Assembly (NCBI GenBank): GCA_963674595.2
Contig: CAXXFV010000006.1
Span: 288,001 to 352,000, forward strand
From: a bacterium
GTDB taxonomy: Bacteria; Zhuqueibacterota; Zhuqueibacteria; Residuimicrobiales; Krinioviventaceae
Length of the DNA: 64,000 nt
Direction of reading: 5' to 3'
Shown: positions 19,477 through 29,716 of the stretch, piece after piece
Layout: each line of letters begins with the position of its first letter
Numbering within the stretch: the stretch's first letter is position 1
Notes under the pieces: model-generated
Seen by the model: only the letters and a program-made list of their open reading frames with translations
Databases searched by the model: none
Told to the model about the DNA's origin: nothing
Translations under genes and position numbers: made by a program

Positions 19477-20361
19477 ATGAAAAAAAAGCTGACTCGACGT
19501 GATTTTATTAAATCCGGTATTTGTGGCGTAACGATTGCTTCTACCGGATTTACAAAGGTTTTGGGGCAAAATGCTGCGATACCGGATATTGCGGTTTCAA
19601 CAAGTTCTGATATTGTTAAAAATGTTAATCAGGTTATTGCTGCACTGGGGGGAATGAACAAATTTGTGAAAAAAGGGGACAAGGTTGTTTTGCTGCCGAA
19701 TCCTCAGGGCAGACAAATCAGTACAGCGACAAATCCGCAGGTTGTTGCCGAAATAGTTAAATTATGCCTTGATGCGGGCGCGGCCGATGTCAGTGTTTGT
19801 TCCGTACATAGCAACCGATCATGGCAAAACACGGGAATTATTGAGGCTGTTGAAGCTGTGGGCGGAAAAATGTTTTATCCTGGTCAAGATTCTGATTACG
19901 TCAAAATAAAGATACCCAAGGGTAAAATTCTAAAAGAAACAACCCTGCTTAAAAAAGCTGTGGAAAATGATGTTTTTATTAATTTACCTATTGCCAAACA
20001 GCACGACAGTACACGATTTACCTGCACATTAAAAAATTTGATGGGATTCAACACCAACAACAGTTCTTTTCATAAGGGTCCGGAACATTTGCATCAATGT
20101 ATTGTTGATTTGGCCTCTGTTATTAAACCGGATTTATGTGTTGTGGATGCAAACACAATTTTGATTGAGAACGGTCCTTTTGGACCCGGAAAAACTATTT
20201 CCCCTCAAAAAGTGTATGCCGGAACAGATATGGTATCAATAGATGCTTTATGTTGTCAATTGATCAACATCAAGTCGCAGGATGTTCCCCATATTTTAGG
20301 AGCGTACCAACTTGGTTTGGGAGAAGTTAATATCGACAAGCTGTTGATAAAATCGATTTAG
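19477..20361 (+). CDS. Tat-exported DUF362 domain protein
   Basis: LTRRDFIK; LGGMNKFVKKGDKVVL, TNP, INLPIAKQH, TLKNLMG, NGP and DMVSIDA motifs. Confidence 0.8.
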   Translation: MKKKLTRRDFIKSGICGVTIASTGFTKVLGQNAAIPDIAVSTSSDIVKNVNQVIAALGGMNKFVKKGDKVVLLPNPQGRQISTATNPQVVAEIVKLCLDAGAADVSVCSVHSNRSWQNTGIIEAVEAVGGKMFYPGQDSDYVKIKIPKGKILKETTLLKKAVENDVFINLPIAKQHDSTRFTCTLKNLMGFNTNNSSFHKGPEHLHQCIVDLASVIKPDLCVVDANTILIENGPFGPGKTISPQKVYAGTDMVSIDALCCQLINIKSQDVPHILGAYQLGLGEVNIDKLLIKSI

Positions 20362-20371
20362 AGGATTTTTA

Positions 20372-21547
20372 ATGATTTTGAAAAACCTTAAAAAATATTG
20401 TATTCTTTTTATCCTTACTGTTACAAGTATAAACTGTAACGAAAATTCCGGTTCCTGGCAACCGATGTATAATTCACCGGGAGATGGTTTTTATAAACTC
20501 TTTAATGGTAATGACTTTACAGGTTGGGACATAGAACCGGACCACGGTTCCTGGTTTGTTCAAGACAGCCAGATGAAATGCAAAGGAACCCCTCGTAAGC
20601 CCTATTTAATACGAACCGTTAAAGAATATGAAAATTTTGAATTTTATGCCGAATTTCAAATCAGCAAAGATTGTAATAGCGGCATCTTTTATCATATTCC
20701 TTTAAAAGGTTCCGGCAGAGAATCGAAACTTGGTTTTGAAACCCAGATTTTGGATGATTATGGGCAACCCCCGTCCATTGGCTCCTCAGGTTCGATCTAT
20801 TCACAAATTGCTCCTACTGTTAACGCCATGTTTCCGGCCGGTGAATGGAACCAATATCATGTTTATTTTGATTGGCCGCAGTGTAAGGTCTGGTTAAATG
20901 GAATTTTAGTTCAGGATGCCAATTTTACAGAATATGAACATCTAAGACACAGATTGCGTATAGGCGCTATTGGATTGTCCAACCACGGGCATATTGTAAA
21001 TTACCGTAATTTGTGGATCAAAGAGTTGCCTGGAAAACTGGAATCCATTAATCTATTTAACGGAACGGATTTGTCCAACTGGGATAAAACAGGTAATGCT
21101 GATTGGCATGTTCAGGATGATATGATTGTCGCAACAAAAGGAGAGGGGTATCTGGTTTCTAAAGACGCGTTTAGCGATTATCAGTTATTGGCATATTTTA
21201 ATAATGATACATTGCAGACGCGAAAAGGGTGTTTTTATTATCGCTGGAGAAACCAAAATGATCCCGGGTATGCGGTCGAATTTTACAATTTCCCCTTACA
21301 ACAAAACCTGAGAGAGCAATATGGTGAAAAACTGACCGGCCCCTTATTCTGGTATGAATGGCTGCCGTATCAGATTATGTCCCGCAATACGCTGTCGCAG
21401 GTTAGAATCGCCGGAACGATCATTTCGACCAATTCAAATCTGAATAAGGTAGGTAACGGGAAAATAGCTATTTACCATCATCCGGATGACGGTGTTATTA
21501 AGATTAAAGGATTAAAAATAATACCCTTGAAGGATTTGGAAATTTAA
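20372..21547 (+). CDS. Lipoprotein with two DUF1080 (3-keto-disaccharide hydrolase-like) domains
   Basis: Lipobox SINC; LFNGNDFTGW..NSGIF..GEWN..YRNLWIKEL followed by a second LFNGTDLSNW domain. Confidence 0.8.
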   Translation: MILKNLKKYCILFILTVTSINCNENSGSWQPMYNSPGDGFYKLFNGNDFTGWDIEPDHGSWFVQDSQMKCKGTPRKPYLIRTVKEYENFEFYAEFQISKDCNSGIFYHIPLKGSGRESKLGFETQILDDYGQPPSIGSSGSIYSQIAPTVNAMFPAGEWNQYHVYFDWPQCKVWLNGILVQDANFTEYEHLRHRLRIGAIGLSNHGHIVNYRNLWIKELPGKLESINLFNGTDLSNWDKTGNADWHVQDDMIVATKGEGYLVSKDAFSDYQLLAYFNNDTLQTRKGCFYYRWRNQNDPGYAVEFYNFPLQQNLREQYGEKLTGPLFWYEWLPYQIMSRNTLSQVRIAGTIISTNSNLNKVGNGKIAIYHHPDDGVIKIKGLKIIPLKDLEI

Positions 21548-21560
21548 AAGAATTTTAACT

Positions 21561-21599
21561 AAAAGCGATCACAAGTATTTTTTTGTGATCGCTTTTTTT
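21561..21599. terminator. Bidirectional intrinsic terminator
   Basis: aaaagcgatcacaa / ttgtgatcgctttt stem with A and T tracts between convergent genes. Confidence 0.85.
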
Positions 21600-21615
21600 A
21601 TATAAACACATTCTA

Positions 21616-22878
21616 CTAATGTACAGAGTTTAAAATATCTCTTGCCCTATATTCGCCTTTTGCAACTTTGGGTGTAAAGTTTTTAACAGCTTTAGGGTCA
21701 AAAGCCAGTTTTTTACCCACTTCACTTGATTTATAAGCTGTCATCAATAATTGTGTAACCAATAATCCATCATTCCAGTTTTCATGGGGCATTTTACCTT
21801 CCAGAAAACATTGCGACATATAACGGTTCTCATGAGTGTAACCATATACTAATTCTTCGCTTGACACAACAGGCATAAGGCCCTGCTCTGCGGATTGTTT
21901 TTCAACCAAATCTTCACCTGTTTTACCTGAAACGGCCCTGCTGAAAAATACGTTCAGATCTGAATTGAGTGTATTAATCTGCATAAAATATTCCGGTCCC
22001 ATAAGTTCAAAACTTAAACGGAGTCCCGGACCTACAAAACTCCATGATGTGGTTACTTCAGAGACAAGGATATTATGCTCATCATCTTCAAATGTTATGT
22101 TGGCACGGGCAAAATCTTCACTGGGTATTTTACTATAGTCTATTTGATTTTGAGACATCTCTTTTAAAATATCGATATATTCACTTCGCGCCCATTTTAA
22201 TGTAGCGATTTCTGCATTAACGGCAACGGGAACCAGGCAGGATTTGGGTTTGTCCGGGTCCTGTAACAGAAACCGTGCGGCTTCGATGCTATGGCACATC
22301 ATGTCATTTAACACGCCGCCGCCTTGTTTTTCACCATTCCAGAACCAGGGCTCGTGGGGACCGCTATGTTCTTCTGCACATCTGGCAAGATAAGGTCTGC
22401 CCACAGTATTTGCGCCCCGACGCCAGATAATTTCCCGTCCGCGTGTTACCGATGGTGCAAATACCTGGTTTTCTAAATATCCATGCAGCAAACCAAGTTC
22501 ATTAACCATATCAATCATTTGCTGTGCTTCTGCAGCATTTCTTGCCAAAGGTTTTTCACAGGCAATGCCGACAAGGTTGCCTTTACCGGATTTTATCGTT
22601 TCTGAAATTTTTTGCATAACGTCAATACGTGTATAGTTGGGAGAACAAATCCAGATAGCATCAATATTCGGGTCCATTACAAGTTCGGTCACATCAGCAT
22701 AAACTTTGGGAGAACCGACACCAAGCTGTTGACATACAACGGCTGAATCTTTAGCTCTTTTAATATTCGGATCGGCAATTCCTAAAATATCCGCATTACG
22801 AACACCTTCCCAGGCCCTTATATGAAAATTTGTATTAAATCCTGCACCTACAAACCCCACACCTAAACGAGTTTTCAT
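21616..22878 (-). CDS. Cytoplasmic Gfo/Idh/MocA family oxidoreductase
   Basis: GFVGAGF, CEKPLA and GGGVLNDMMCH motifs; ggagg RBS. Confidence 0.88.
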   Translation of the reverse strand: MKTRLGVGFVGAGFNTNFHIRAWEGVRNADILGIADPNIKRAKDSAVVCQQLGVGSPKVYADVTELVMDPNIDAIWICSPNYTRIDVMQKISETIKSGKGNLVGIACEKPLARNAAEAQQMIDMVNELGLLHGYLENQVFAPSVTRGREIIWRRGANTVGRPYLARCAEEHSGPHEPWFWNGEKQGGGVLNDMMCHSIEAARFLLQDPDKPKSCLVPVAVNAEIATLKWARSEYIDILKEMSQNQIDYSKIPSEDFARANITFEDDEHNILVSEVTTSWSFVGPGLRLSFELMGPEYFMQINTLNSDLNVFFSRAVSGKTGEDLVEKQSAEQGLMPVVSSEELVYGYTHENRYMSQCFLEGKMPHENWNDGLLVTQLLMTAYKSSEVGKKLAFDPKAVKNFTPKVAKGEYRARDILNSVH

Positions 22879-23170
22879 TTATAACCTCCGTATTCAATTG
22901 ATAATATTGACGCTATAATTTTGTTTTAATATATATAATAGTTGGTAATTTTACAAATATAACTTGACAATTTACGGAATGTTATTAAATTTACTAAATA
23001 TTAATAGTTCGGGAAATATTTTCTCGATCGGGTTGTTATTATAGGGTGTTATATTAAGTAAGTTTTTGTGATCAATGTCACCGATGATATAAACTGAAAG
23101 TCGTATTATCCCCACAGAAAATGAAATATTCCATTTTAAATAATTCTTTACTTATATGGAGGAAGAGCAA

Positions 23171-24064
23171 ATGAAAAACAGGCCTATTCTTTTCAAGATG
23201 TTATGCTTGTTGGTTATCCTTGCAAGCCCGCTATGGGCACAATACGTTACAGAAAATATTGGAACAACCGGTACTGTTGATTGGTCATCACAAATGATAC
23301 GTTCCACAGGTATCGGATCACCGAATCCCAATATGCCTCAAACAGCCCAAAGGGCCGGTGCCATAGAAGCAGCAAAACGAGTTGCTTTGAGAAACTTATT
23401 GGAAACAGTTTTAGGAATGACTCTTGATTCTGAAACAACAGTACGAAATTACGTCGTTGAAAATGATGTTATCAGCACCCGCGTTCGCGGAGTTGTAAGA
23501 AATTTTACAGTTGTTGATACAAAATATATGTCTACCGGTGATATAGAAGTAACAGTTGAAATGCCGGTGAGCGGCGCTCTTTCTGATGCTCTGTTACCAC
23601 AGCAAATGGGTGGTGCTATAGGCGTAGGTGTAGGTACGCGCGTTTGTCCGACATGCGGTCAGCCATTACCCGCAGGAATGTCCGTACCACAAGCTGCCAC
23701 GACAAATATGGGAACCACAGGCGGCGCTTTTACCGGATTGGTAATTGATGCCAAAGGTTTGGGTGTTCGTCCGGCAATGGCTCCGCGAATTCTTGATGAA
23801 AACGGACAGGAAGTTTATGGTTCAAAAGTAGTCAGCCGTGAATGGGCCGTTCAAATCGGGATGGTTGGATATGATAAAGATGTTAACCGTGCCAGAAGTA
23901 ATGACCGTGTTACAAACAATCCGCTTATTGTAAAAGCGATAAAAACAGCCGGTGCAAACAAGGCTGATCTTGTTGTGTCAAATCAAAGTGCTGCACAAAT
24001 TCGCAACGCAGCTTCCAGTCAAAATTTTCTCGACAAATGTAAAGTGATGTTTATTGTCGACTAG
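23171..24064 (+). CDS. Secreted LPP20/FlgP-like domain protein with conserved C-terminal TGLVIDA domain
   Basis: Signal peptide LWA-Q; AIEAAKRVALRNLLETV..LDSETTV; FTGLVIDAKG..PAMAPRI..GQEVYG; a CPTC motif in the linker. Confidence 0.7.
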   Translation: MKNRPILFKMLCLLVILASPLWAQYVTENIGTTGTVDWSSQMIRSTGIGSPNPNMPQTAQRAGAIEAAKRVALRNLLETVLGMTLDSETTVRNYVVENDVISTRVRGVVRNFTVVDTKYMSTGDIEVTVEMPVSGALSDALLPQQMGGAIGVGVGTRVCPTCGQPLPAGMSVPQAATTNMGTTGGAFTGLVIDAKGLGVRPAMAPRILDENGQEVYGSKVVSREWAVQIGMVGYDKDVNRARSNDRVTNNPLIVKAIKTAGANKADLVVSNQSAAQIRNAASSQNFLDKCKVMFIVD

Positions 24065-24097
24065 AGACAATAAGGATATAATTTAAGGAGAGTTGTA

Positions 24098-25252
24098 ATG
24101 TTAAGAAAGAGTTTAGTGCTTTTTTCAGTCTTGATGTTGGCTTTAACCCTGGTGATTGGCTGTGGTCCCAAGCCTATTAAAGAAGCATCTGTTTTGGATA
24201 CACCGGAAAATCACTATAATCAGGGTATGCGTGAACTTGATCGTGGTAATTTAACAGAAGCTGCTTCAGAATTTCAACGTGCTTTGGCTTTAAATCCGAA
24301 TTATGCTGAAGGTTTTTCCGGTTTGGCCCTTGTTGCTGCAAAGAATGGTAATTTTGATAAAGCTTTAGATTTGGCAGATAAAGGGATCGGTAAAAATGAC
24401 AAGTCTATAGATGCCCGAATTATTAAAGGCCGTATTATCACCATGCAAAGGAAAGGTGACGATTGGGTTAAAAAAGCTGTAAAGGAATTTGACAAAGCAT
24501 TGGAGATTAATCCCAACAGCGCCAAAGCATTATATTATAAGGGTGAAGCTTATAAAGACGCTTATATGTTTGGTGAAGCAGCAGCCGCTTTTAGCCAGGT
24601 TATCTCTTTAAAAGGTGATTATGCCAAAGAAGCCAATGCCGAATGGGAATTGGTCCAAAAAATCCAAAGAGCTGCACCCGGTACCAAAGTAGGTATGAAA
24701 ATCGCTTTAATAGACGCTATTGATCGTGCTGATCTAGCGGTTTTGATGCTTGAAGAATTGAAATTATTGGAAATTATTGATAAAAAACGACCCAAAACCT
24801 ATGATACCGGTTTTAAAGCACCGGAAGATCCGACACAAATGCAAACATCTCAAATGGTGCAAATGGCCGATGCAACTGATATAGATGGTCATTGGGCTAA
24901 AAACTGGATCGAAGACGTTATTGAAGCAAAAGGAATGGATGTTTTTCCTGACCATACATTCCGTCCGGATGAAAAAATTACCCGGGCCAATTATGCCATG
25001 CTTATGCAGAATGTATTGATTATGGCAACAGGTGATGAGTCTTTGGCAACAAAATATATTGGTACCCAATCACGTTTCCCGGATGTTAATCCAAGCCATT
25101 TTGCTTATAATGCAATTTGTTTAATGACGGACCGCGGAATTATGTCTGCAAACAAAATGACAGGTGCGTTTGATCTGAATTCGACAATCTCAGGAGCGGA
25201 TGCGTTGCTCATTATTCGGGATTTTCAGAATGCATTACGCATGACCTTTTAA
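24098..25252 (+). CDS. TPR-repeat lipoprotein with C-terminal S-layer homology (SLH) domains
   Basis: Lipobox VIGC; TPR units (AASEFQRALALNPNYAE); SLH motifs DIDGHWA..FRPDEKITRA and FPDVNPSHFAY. Confidence 0.8.
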   Translation: MLRKSLVLFSVLMLALTLVIGCGPKPIKEASVLDTPENHYNQGMRELDRGNLTEAASEFQRALALNPNYAEGFSGLALVAAKNGNFDKALDLADKGIGKNDKSIDARIIKGRIITMQRKGDDWVKKAVKEFDKALEINPNSAKALYYKGEAYKDAYMFGEAAAAFSQVISLKGDYAKEANAEWELVQKIQRAAPGTKVGMKIALIDAIDRADLAVLMLEELKLLEIIDKKRPKTYDTGFKAPEDPTQMQTSQMVQMADATDIDGHWAKNWIEDVIEAKGMDVFPDHTFRPDEKITRANYAMLMQNVLIMATGDESLATKYIGTQSRFPDVNPSHFAYNAICLMTDRGIMSANKMTGAFDLNSTISGADALLIIRDFQNALRMTF

Positions 25253-25260
25253 ATATTTTT

Positions 25261-25290
25261 AAGGGTTAGCTGGAGCTAACCCTTTTCCTT
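25261..25290 (+). terminator. Hairpin with U-rich tail (terminator or attenuator inside the cluster)
   Basis: aagggttagct / agctaaccctt stem followed by ttccttttc. Confidence 0.65.
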
Positions 25291-25325
25291 TTCATTATTG
25301 TTTACATGTAAAATGGAGCAAAACA

Positions 25326-26542
25326 TTGAACAAACGTGGAATATTTTTTATTATTTTTTTCATCTTTTGTGGTCATTTATTGGCCCAGGGATATGGTTCA
25401 TCCAGAGTACAAGTTCAGTCAGTTGGCGTTGGAAATATCGTTTACGGTGATGTTGCCGCCGCCCGTGATCGTGCAATTGACGATGCTTTAAGAAAAGCGG
25501 TTGAACAAACGCTGGGAACCTATATAGATGCTCAGACAAAAGTTGAAAATTATATGGTCGTTGAAGATCGCATTTTAAACTGGAGTCGCGGCTATGTAAG
25601 CAACTATACAGTCACATCCGAGTATAAACAAACTCCGGAAACATATCAGGTCCAGATTAATGCCACAGTTGATATGGCAAATTTACAAAATGATGCCATG
25701 GCCGTGCAGAACCTGCTTCAAAGTATGGGTAACCCACGTGTGATGGTTATTATGGATGAGCAAAACATAGGTCAATCCTATAATAAATATCACTATTTTG
25801 AAGTAAATATGACGGCATCAGAAACAGCCATGAATAATCAATTTATGGAAAAAGGGTTTGAAATTGTCGATCCGACAACTGTCCGTCAGAATAAAGAACG
25901 TGACGCTGTTATTGCCGCTATTAATGGTAATGCAAAGGCGGCCGCAGAAATTGGTGCTTCACTAAGCGCTGAAGTTGTTGTTACCGGAAAAGCTATAGCC
26001 AAAGTTGCTACAGGTCTAAATTTGGCAGGCATGAAATCCTGTCAGGCCAATTTAACGGCCCGCGTGATTGATGCTGATGTGGGAACAATTCTGGCAACCG
26101 GAAGTAAACACGCCGCTTATCCGCATATTGATGAGGTTACCGGCGGAACAATGGCTATTGAAAAAGCAGCCAAGGCACTTGCTGATGAACTTATTGCCAA
26201 AATACTTGAAAAATGGCAAAGTAAATTTTATAGCTTAAACACTGTAAAATTGATGGTTACCGGCCTTAACAGCTATACAGAGGCTTCTAATTTTAAAAAT
26301 TCTTTACAGTTTACAGTACGTGGTGTGAAAAATGTTTTCAGCGTAATGTCATAGGCGGTACCGGAGAGTTTGATATTCAAATTTCAGGAAATGCAGAACA
26401 ATTGGCCAGAGAATTAGACCAAAGAAATGTAGGTGAATATTCATTGGTTGTGACAGGCGCATCTGCAAATAAAGTTACATTACAAGCTGAAAGATCTACC
26501 CAGGATGCCGGTGCTGATACAACAGCAACTGGTGTCGAATGA
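25326..26542 (+). CDS. Secreted FlgT N-terminal-like protein (about 405 aa; one base missing at about 26338)
   Basis: AARDRAIDDALRKAVEQ is FlgT_N-like. Adding one T in aatgttttcag continues the frame as NVFQRNVIGGTGEFDIQ...TGVE-stop at 26542. Confidence 0.7.
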
Positions 26543-26595
26543 TACTATTTGAAAGGAAAGTAAAAGATATAAAAAATTCTAAAAATGAGGTTATT

Positions 26596-27534
26596 ATGAA
26601 AAGCAGGAATTCTTTTTACTCTTTAACAAGTATTTTTTTATTGTTTATAATATTTTGTTCTGCAAGCCTGCAAGCACAGGATATTCAAAAACGTTTGAAA
26701 AAACGTGTTGCTGTTTTTGTGTTTGATGACAAAACAGACCATCGCGTTCGCTGGTGGTCCGGGCAGAATGTTGGTGAAGGTATGAGCGACATGCTGACAA
26801 CTTCACTTGTTAAAACAGGAAATTATCAGGTTATCGAACGAGCAGAATTGGACAAGATTATAAGTGAACAAAAGTTAGGACTTAGTGGAGCTGTCACCGA
26901 ACAAAGTGCTGCTCAAGTAGGAAAATTATTAGGCGTTGAACTTGCTGTTATAGGCGCTGTCACTGAGTTTGGACATTCACAAGGACAAGTCGGCGGTAAT
27001 TTAAAGAAAAAAGCTTTTGGCATTGGTGTTAAATCTAGCAAAGCTACGGTTGGAATTGATGTTCGTTTCGTCAATACTACTACCGGTGAAATTATCATGG
27101 CTGAAAATGTCCGTGAGGAAGAGAGTAAAAAAGGCCTTTCTTTAGATACTAAGGATTTTAGTTTTGATAATCGTAATAAATTCGATGAATCCATTGTAGG
27201 TAAAGCAACACGTAAATCAATTGATAAAATTGTGGAAATGCTGGATAAAGCTACACCAAACATCCCCTGGCAGGCCAAAGTTATCAAAGGCGGGGCACAG
27301 ATTTATATAAATGCCGGTTCTGTTTCCGGTGTAAATGTGGGCGATCAGTTTGTTGTTTATCGTGCCGGCGAAGAATTGATTGATCCTGATACCGGTATCT
27401 CTTTGGGGTCCACCGAATCAAAAATCGGTGTTATCAAAGTTACCAATAATACAATTGGAAACGGTAAAGCGTCTCAATGTATTGTTGTGAGTGGTAGTGG
27501 ATTTGATCGAAACGATATTGTTCGCATTAATTAA
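26596..27534 (+). CDS. CsgG/HfaB (TolB-N-like) family protein with FlgT C-terminal-like domain
   Basis: Signal LQA-Q; KKRVAVFVF, YQVIERAELDKIISEQ, VGKLLG..GAVTEFG, DVRFVNTTTGEI; C-terminal IYINAG..GVNVGD..LIDPDTG. Confidence 0.8.
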   Translation: MKSRNSFYSLTSIFLLFIIFCSASLQAQDIQKRLKKRVAVFVFDDKTDHRVRWWSGQNVGEGMSDMLTTSLVKTGNYQVIERAELDKIISEQKLGLSGAVTEQSAAQVGKLLGVELAVIGAVTEFGHSQGQVGGNLKKKAFGIGVKSSKATVGIDVRFVNTTTGEIIMAENVREEESKKGLSLDTKDFSFDNRNKFDESIVGKATRKSIDKIVEMLDKATPNIPWQAKVIKGGAQIYINAGSVSGVNVGDQFVVYRAGEELIDPDTGISLGSTESKIGVIKVTNNTIGNGKASQCIVVSGSGFDRNDIVRIN

Positions 27535-27542
27535 ATTTTAAA

Positions 27543-27569
27543 AAGGAAAAGCATTTAATGCTTTTCCTT
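27543..27569 (+). terminator. Intergenic hairpin (possible terminator or stabiliser)
   Basis: aaggaaaagcatt / aatgcttttcctt perfect inverted repeat. Confidence 0.55.
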
Positions 27570-27592
27570 ACCTTATTATAAAGGAACTATAA

Positions 27593-28348
27593 ATGAAACG
27601 TAACATCCGGCTTTTGTTTATATCTTTTTGTATAATTTTTTCATTTTATTCTATTGTTTTTGCAGAAAGTGCAATCGGTAATTTAACCTTCATGCTGGGG
27701 AGACCCGTTGATGTGAAGGTGAAACATGCAGGGCAGGAAAAATGGACAAATGCGCAATTAAAAATGAAAATATTTAATCAGGATATTATTAAAACGAGTA
27801 AAGAGGCCAGATGTGAAGTTAAGCTGCTGGATGGAAGTATCATCCGGATAGGTGAGTCATCAGAATTTGAATTTAATCAGGCAAATGTTACAAATTCAAC
27901 CAAAGATGTCAAAGCTGTCATTAAAAAAGGAAAAATTTGGGCTAATCTGAAAAAGATGAAAGGAAAGCAGGAATCTTTTCAAATTAAAACACCGACGGCT
28001 GTTTGTGCTGTTCGTGGAACGATTTATCGAATTGATGCGGGTAAAGAGTCCAAGTTTTTAGTTTATGATGGAATTGTTGACGTAGGTCCCAACACTTTTT
28101 GGGGAAAGACCGTACAAACACCCACAAAAAGCTTAAAACCTGTTGAGGTTCCCGGACCTCACGAGATCCCGCCACCTTATCAGGTCAGCCTTGATGAATG
28201 GGTGAAAATTGTCAAGGGGTACCAAATTATTGTTCGACCAGACGGCAAGTTTGCAAAATCAAAATTTGATGATGATAAAGATAGTCAACTCGATTGGGTA
28301 AAATGGAATAAAAACCTGGATACGCAAGCTAGTAACACAGATCAATAG
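27593..28348 (+). CDS. Secreted FecR-domain protein
   Basis: Signal VFA-E; DIIKT..ARCEVKLLDGSIIRIGESS and IKTPTAVCAVRGT motifs. Confidence 0.8.
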   Translation: MKRNIRLLFISFCIIFSFYSIVFAESAIGNLTFMLGRPVDVKVKHAGQEKWTNAQLKMKIFNQDIIKTSKEARCEVKLLDGSIIRIGESSEFEFNQANVTNSTKDVKAVIKKGKIWANLKKMKGKQESFQIKTPTAVCAVRGTIYRIDAGKESKFLVYDGIVDVGPNTFWGKTVQTPTKSLKPVEVPGPHEIPPPYQVSLDEWVKIVKGYQIIVRPDGKFAKSKFDDDKDSQLDWVKWNKNLDTQASNTDQ

Positions 28349-28418
28349 ATAAAAATTTTATCTTTATTATTATTTTTAATATTGTTATCTTTTCTCATTA
28401 TTTTGATGATAGTACATA

Positions 28419-29714
28419 ATGATATTCGGACAATATAAATTGAAAATATTAAAAATATCCAAAGGGGGATTTGCAGAAGAACTTGGTTTGTTACCCGGTG
28501 ATGATATAAAATCCATCAACGGCCGCTTGATAAAAGATAATATCGATTTTCAATTTTGGGGAAACGATGACTTGATCGAAATGGTTGTTCAGCGCGGAAA
28601 CGATGAATATTTATATGAAATTGAAGACGGTATAGAAGGTGATTTTGGTGCAGAATTTGACCAAATGAAATATAAATGCTGCGGGAATAAATGCATTTTC
28701 TGTTTTGTCGATCAAAATCCTAAAGAATTGCGTTCATCACTTTATTTTAAAGATGAAGATTATCGTCTGTCATTTCTATATGGTAATTATGTTACGTTAA
28801 CAAATACCTCAAAACAAAATTTAAAACGGATAGCAGAGCAGCGTCTTTCACCACTTTATATTTCGGTCCATGCAATAAATGTTGACGTGCGCAAAAAAAT
28901 GCTGGGCTTGAAAGGCGATGACCATCTTTTGGAAAAAATCAAGTTTTTGTATGAAAACAGAATAGAAATGCACGCCCAGATCGTTCTTTGTCCCGGTATA
29001 AACGATGGCCCAATTTTAAATGAAACTATAAATACATTATCAGAGTTTTATCCTTATGTCAAGACTGTTGCAGTAGTACCGGTTGGTTTGACAAAACATC
29101 GAAAAGATCTGTTTCAAATAAAGCCGGTTGATAAAAAACTGGCTTTAAATATCATTGAATGGTCTGACAAATTGTCTCAAAAATTTTATGGCGAATTTGG
29201 CAGTAATTTTATATATATTGCTGATGAGTTTTATTTAATGTCTGGTCAAAAATTACCTGATGCACAAAGATATGAAGATTTTGCGCAAATTGAAAACGGA
29301 GTTGGTCTGACGCGTGAATTTTTGGGTGAATTTCATAATGATCGGAAAAGTTTTCCCAAAAAAGTAAAACCACAAAAGTGGACCGTGGTAACCGGAGAAA
29401 TGGCATCAACTTTTTTTTCATCAGAAATTATACCGGAATTAAATAAAATAGAAGGGCTGGATGTTCAGTTAAAAGTAATAAAAAATGAATTTTATGGCGG
29501 CGGTGTAACTGTTTCCGGTTTGCTGGTCGGACAGGACATTGCAAGTCAATGCGAAAACAATGATCTGGGTGATGTTTTGATATTACCTCCAAATTGTTTA
29601 AATTATAATCGTTTATTTTTGGACGATTGGGATATTGATAAATTACATGACAAACTTGATGTATTAATTAGACAACCTCAAGTTGGATTTTTGGAACTAT
29701 TAGAAAATATATAA
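28419..29714 (+). CDS. PDZ + DUF512 radical-SAM-like Fe-S protein (TIGR03279-like)
   Basis: CGNKCIFCFVDQ, KDEDYRLSFLYGNYVTLTN, VPVGLT and QIENGVG motifs; commonly found upstream of der. Confidence 0.88.
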   Translation: MIFGQYKLKILKISKGGFAEELGLLPGDDIKSINGRLIKDNIDFQFWGNDDLIEMVVQRGNDEYLYEIEDGIEGDFGAEFDQMKYKCCGNKCIFCFVDQNPKELRSSLYFKDEDYRLSFLYGNYVTLTNTSKQNLKRIAEQRLSPLYISVHAINVDVRKKMLGLKGDDHLLEKIKFLYENRIEMHAQIVLCPGINDGPILNETINTLSEFYPYVKTVAVVPVGLTKHRKDLFQIKPVDKKLALNIIEWSDKLSQKFYGEFGSNFIYIADEFYLMSGQKLPDAQRYEDFAQIENGVGLTREFLGEFHNDRKSFPKKVKPQKWTVVTGEMASTFFSSEIIPELNKIEGLDVQLKVIKNEFYGGGVTVSGLLVGQDIASQCENNDLGDVLILPPNCLNYNRLFLDDWDIDKLHDKLDVLIRQPQVGFLELLENI

Positions 29715-29716
29715 TT

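Noticed and set aside
26596-27534. A true curli secretion system exporting the 127-aa protein
   Set aside because: No csgA/B/E/F-like genes are present, the CsgG-like protein has no lipobox and carries an FlgT_C-like domain, and the loci are about 13 kb apart with no evidence linking them.
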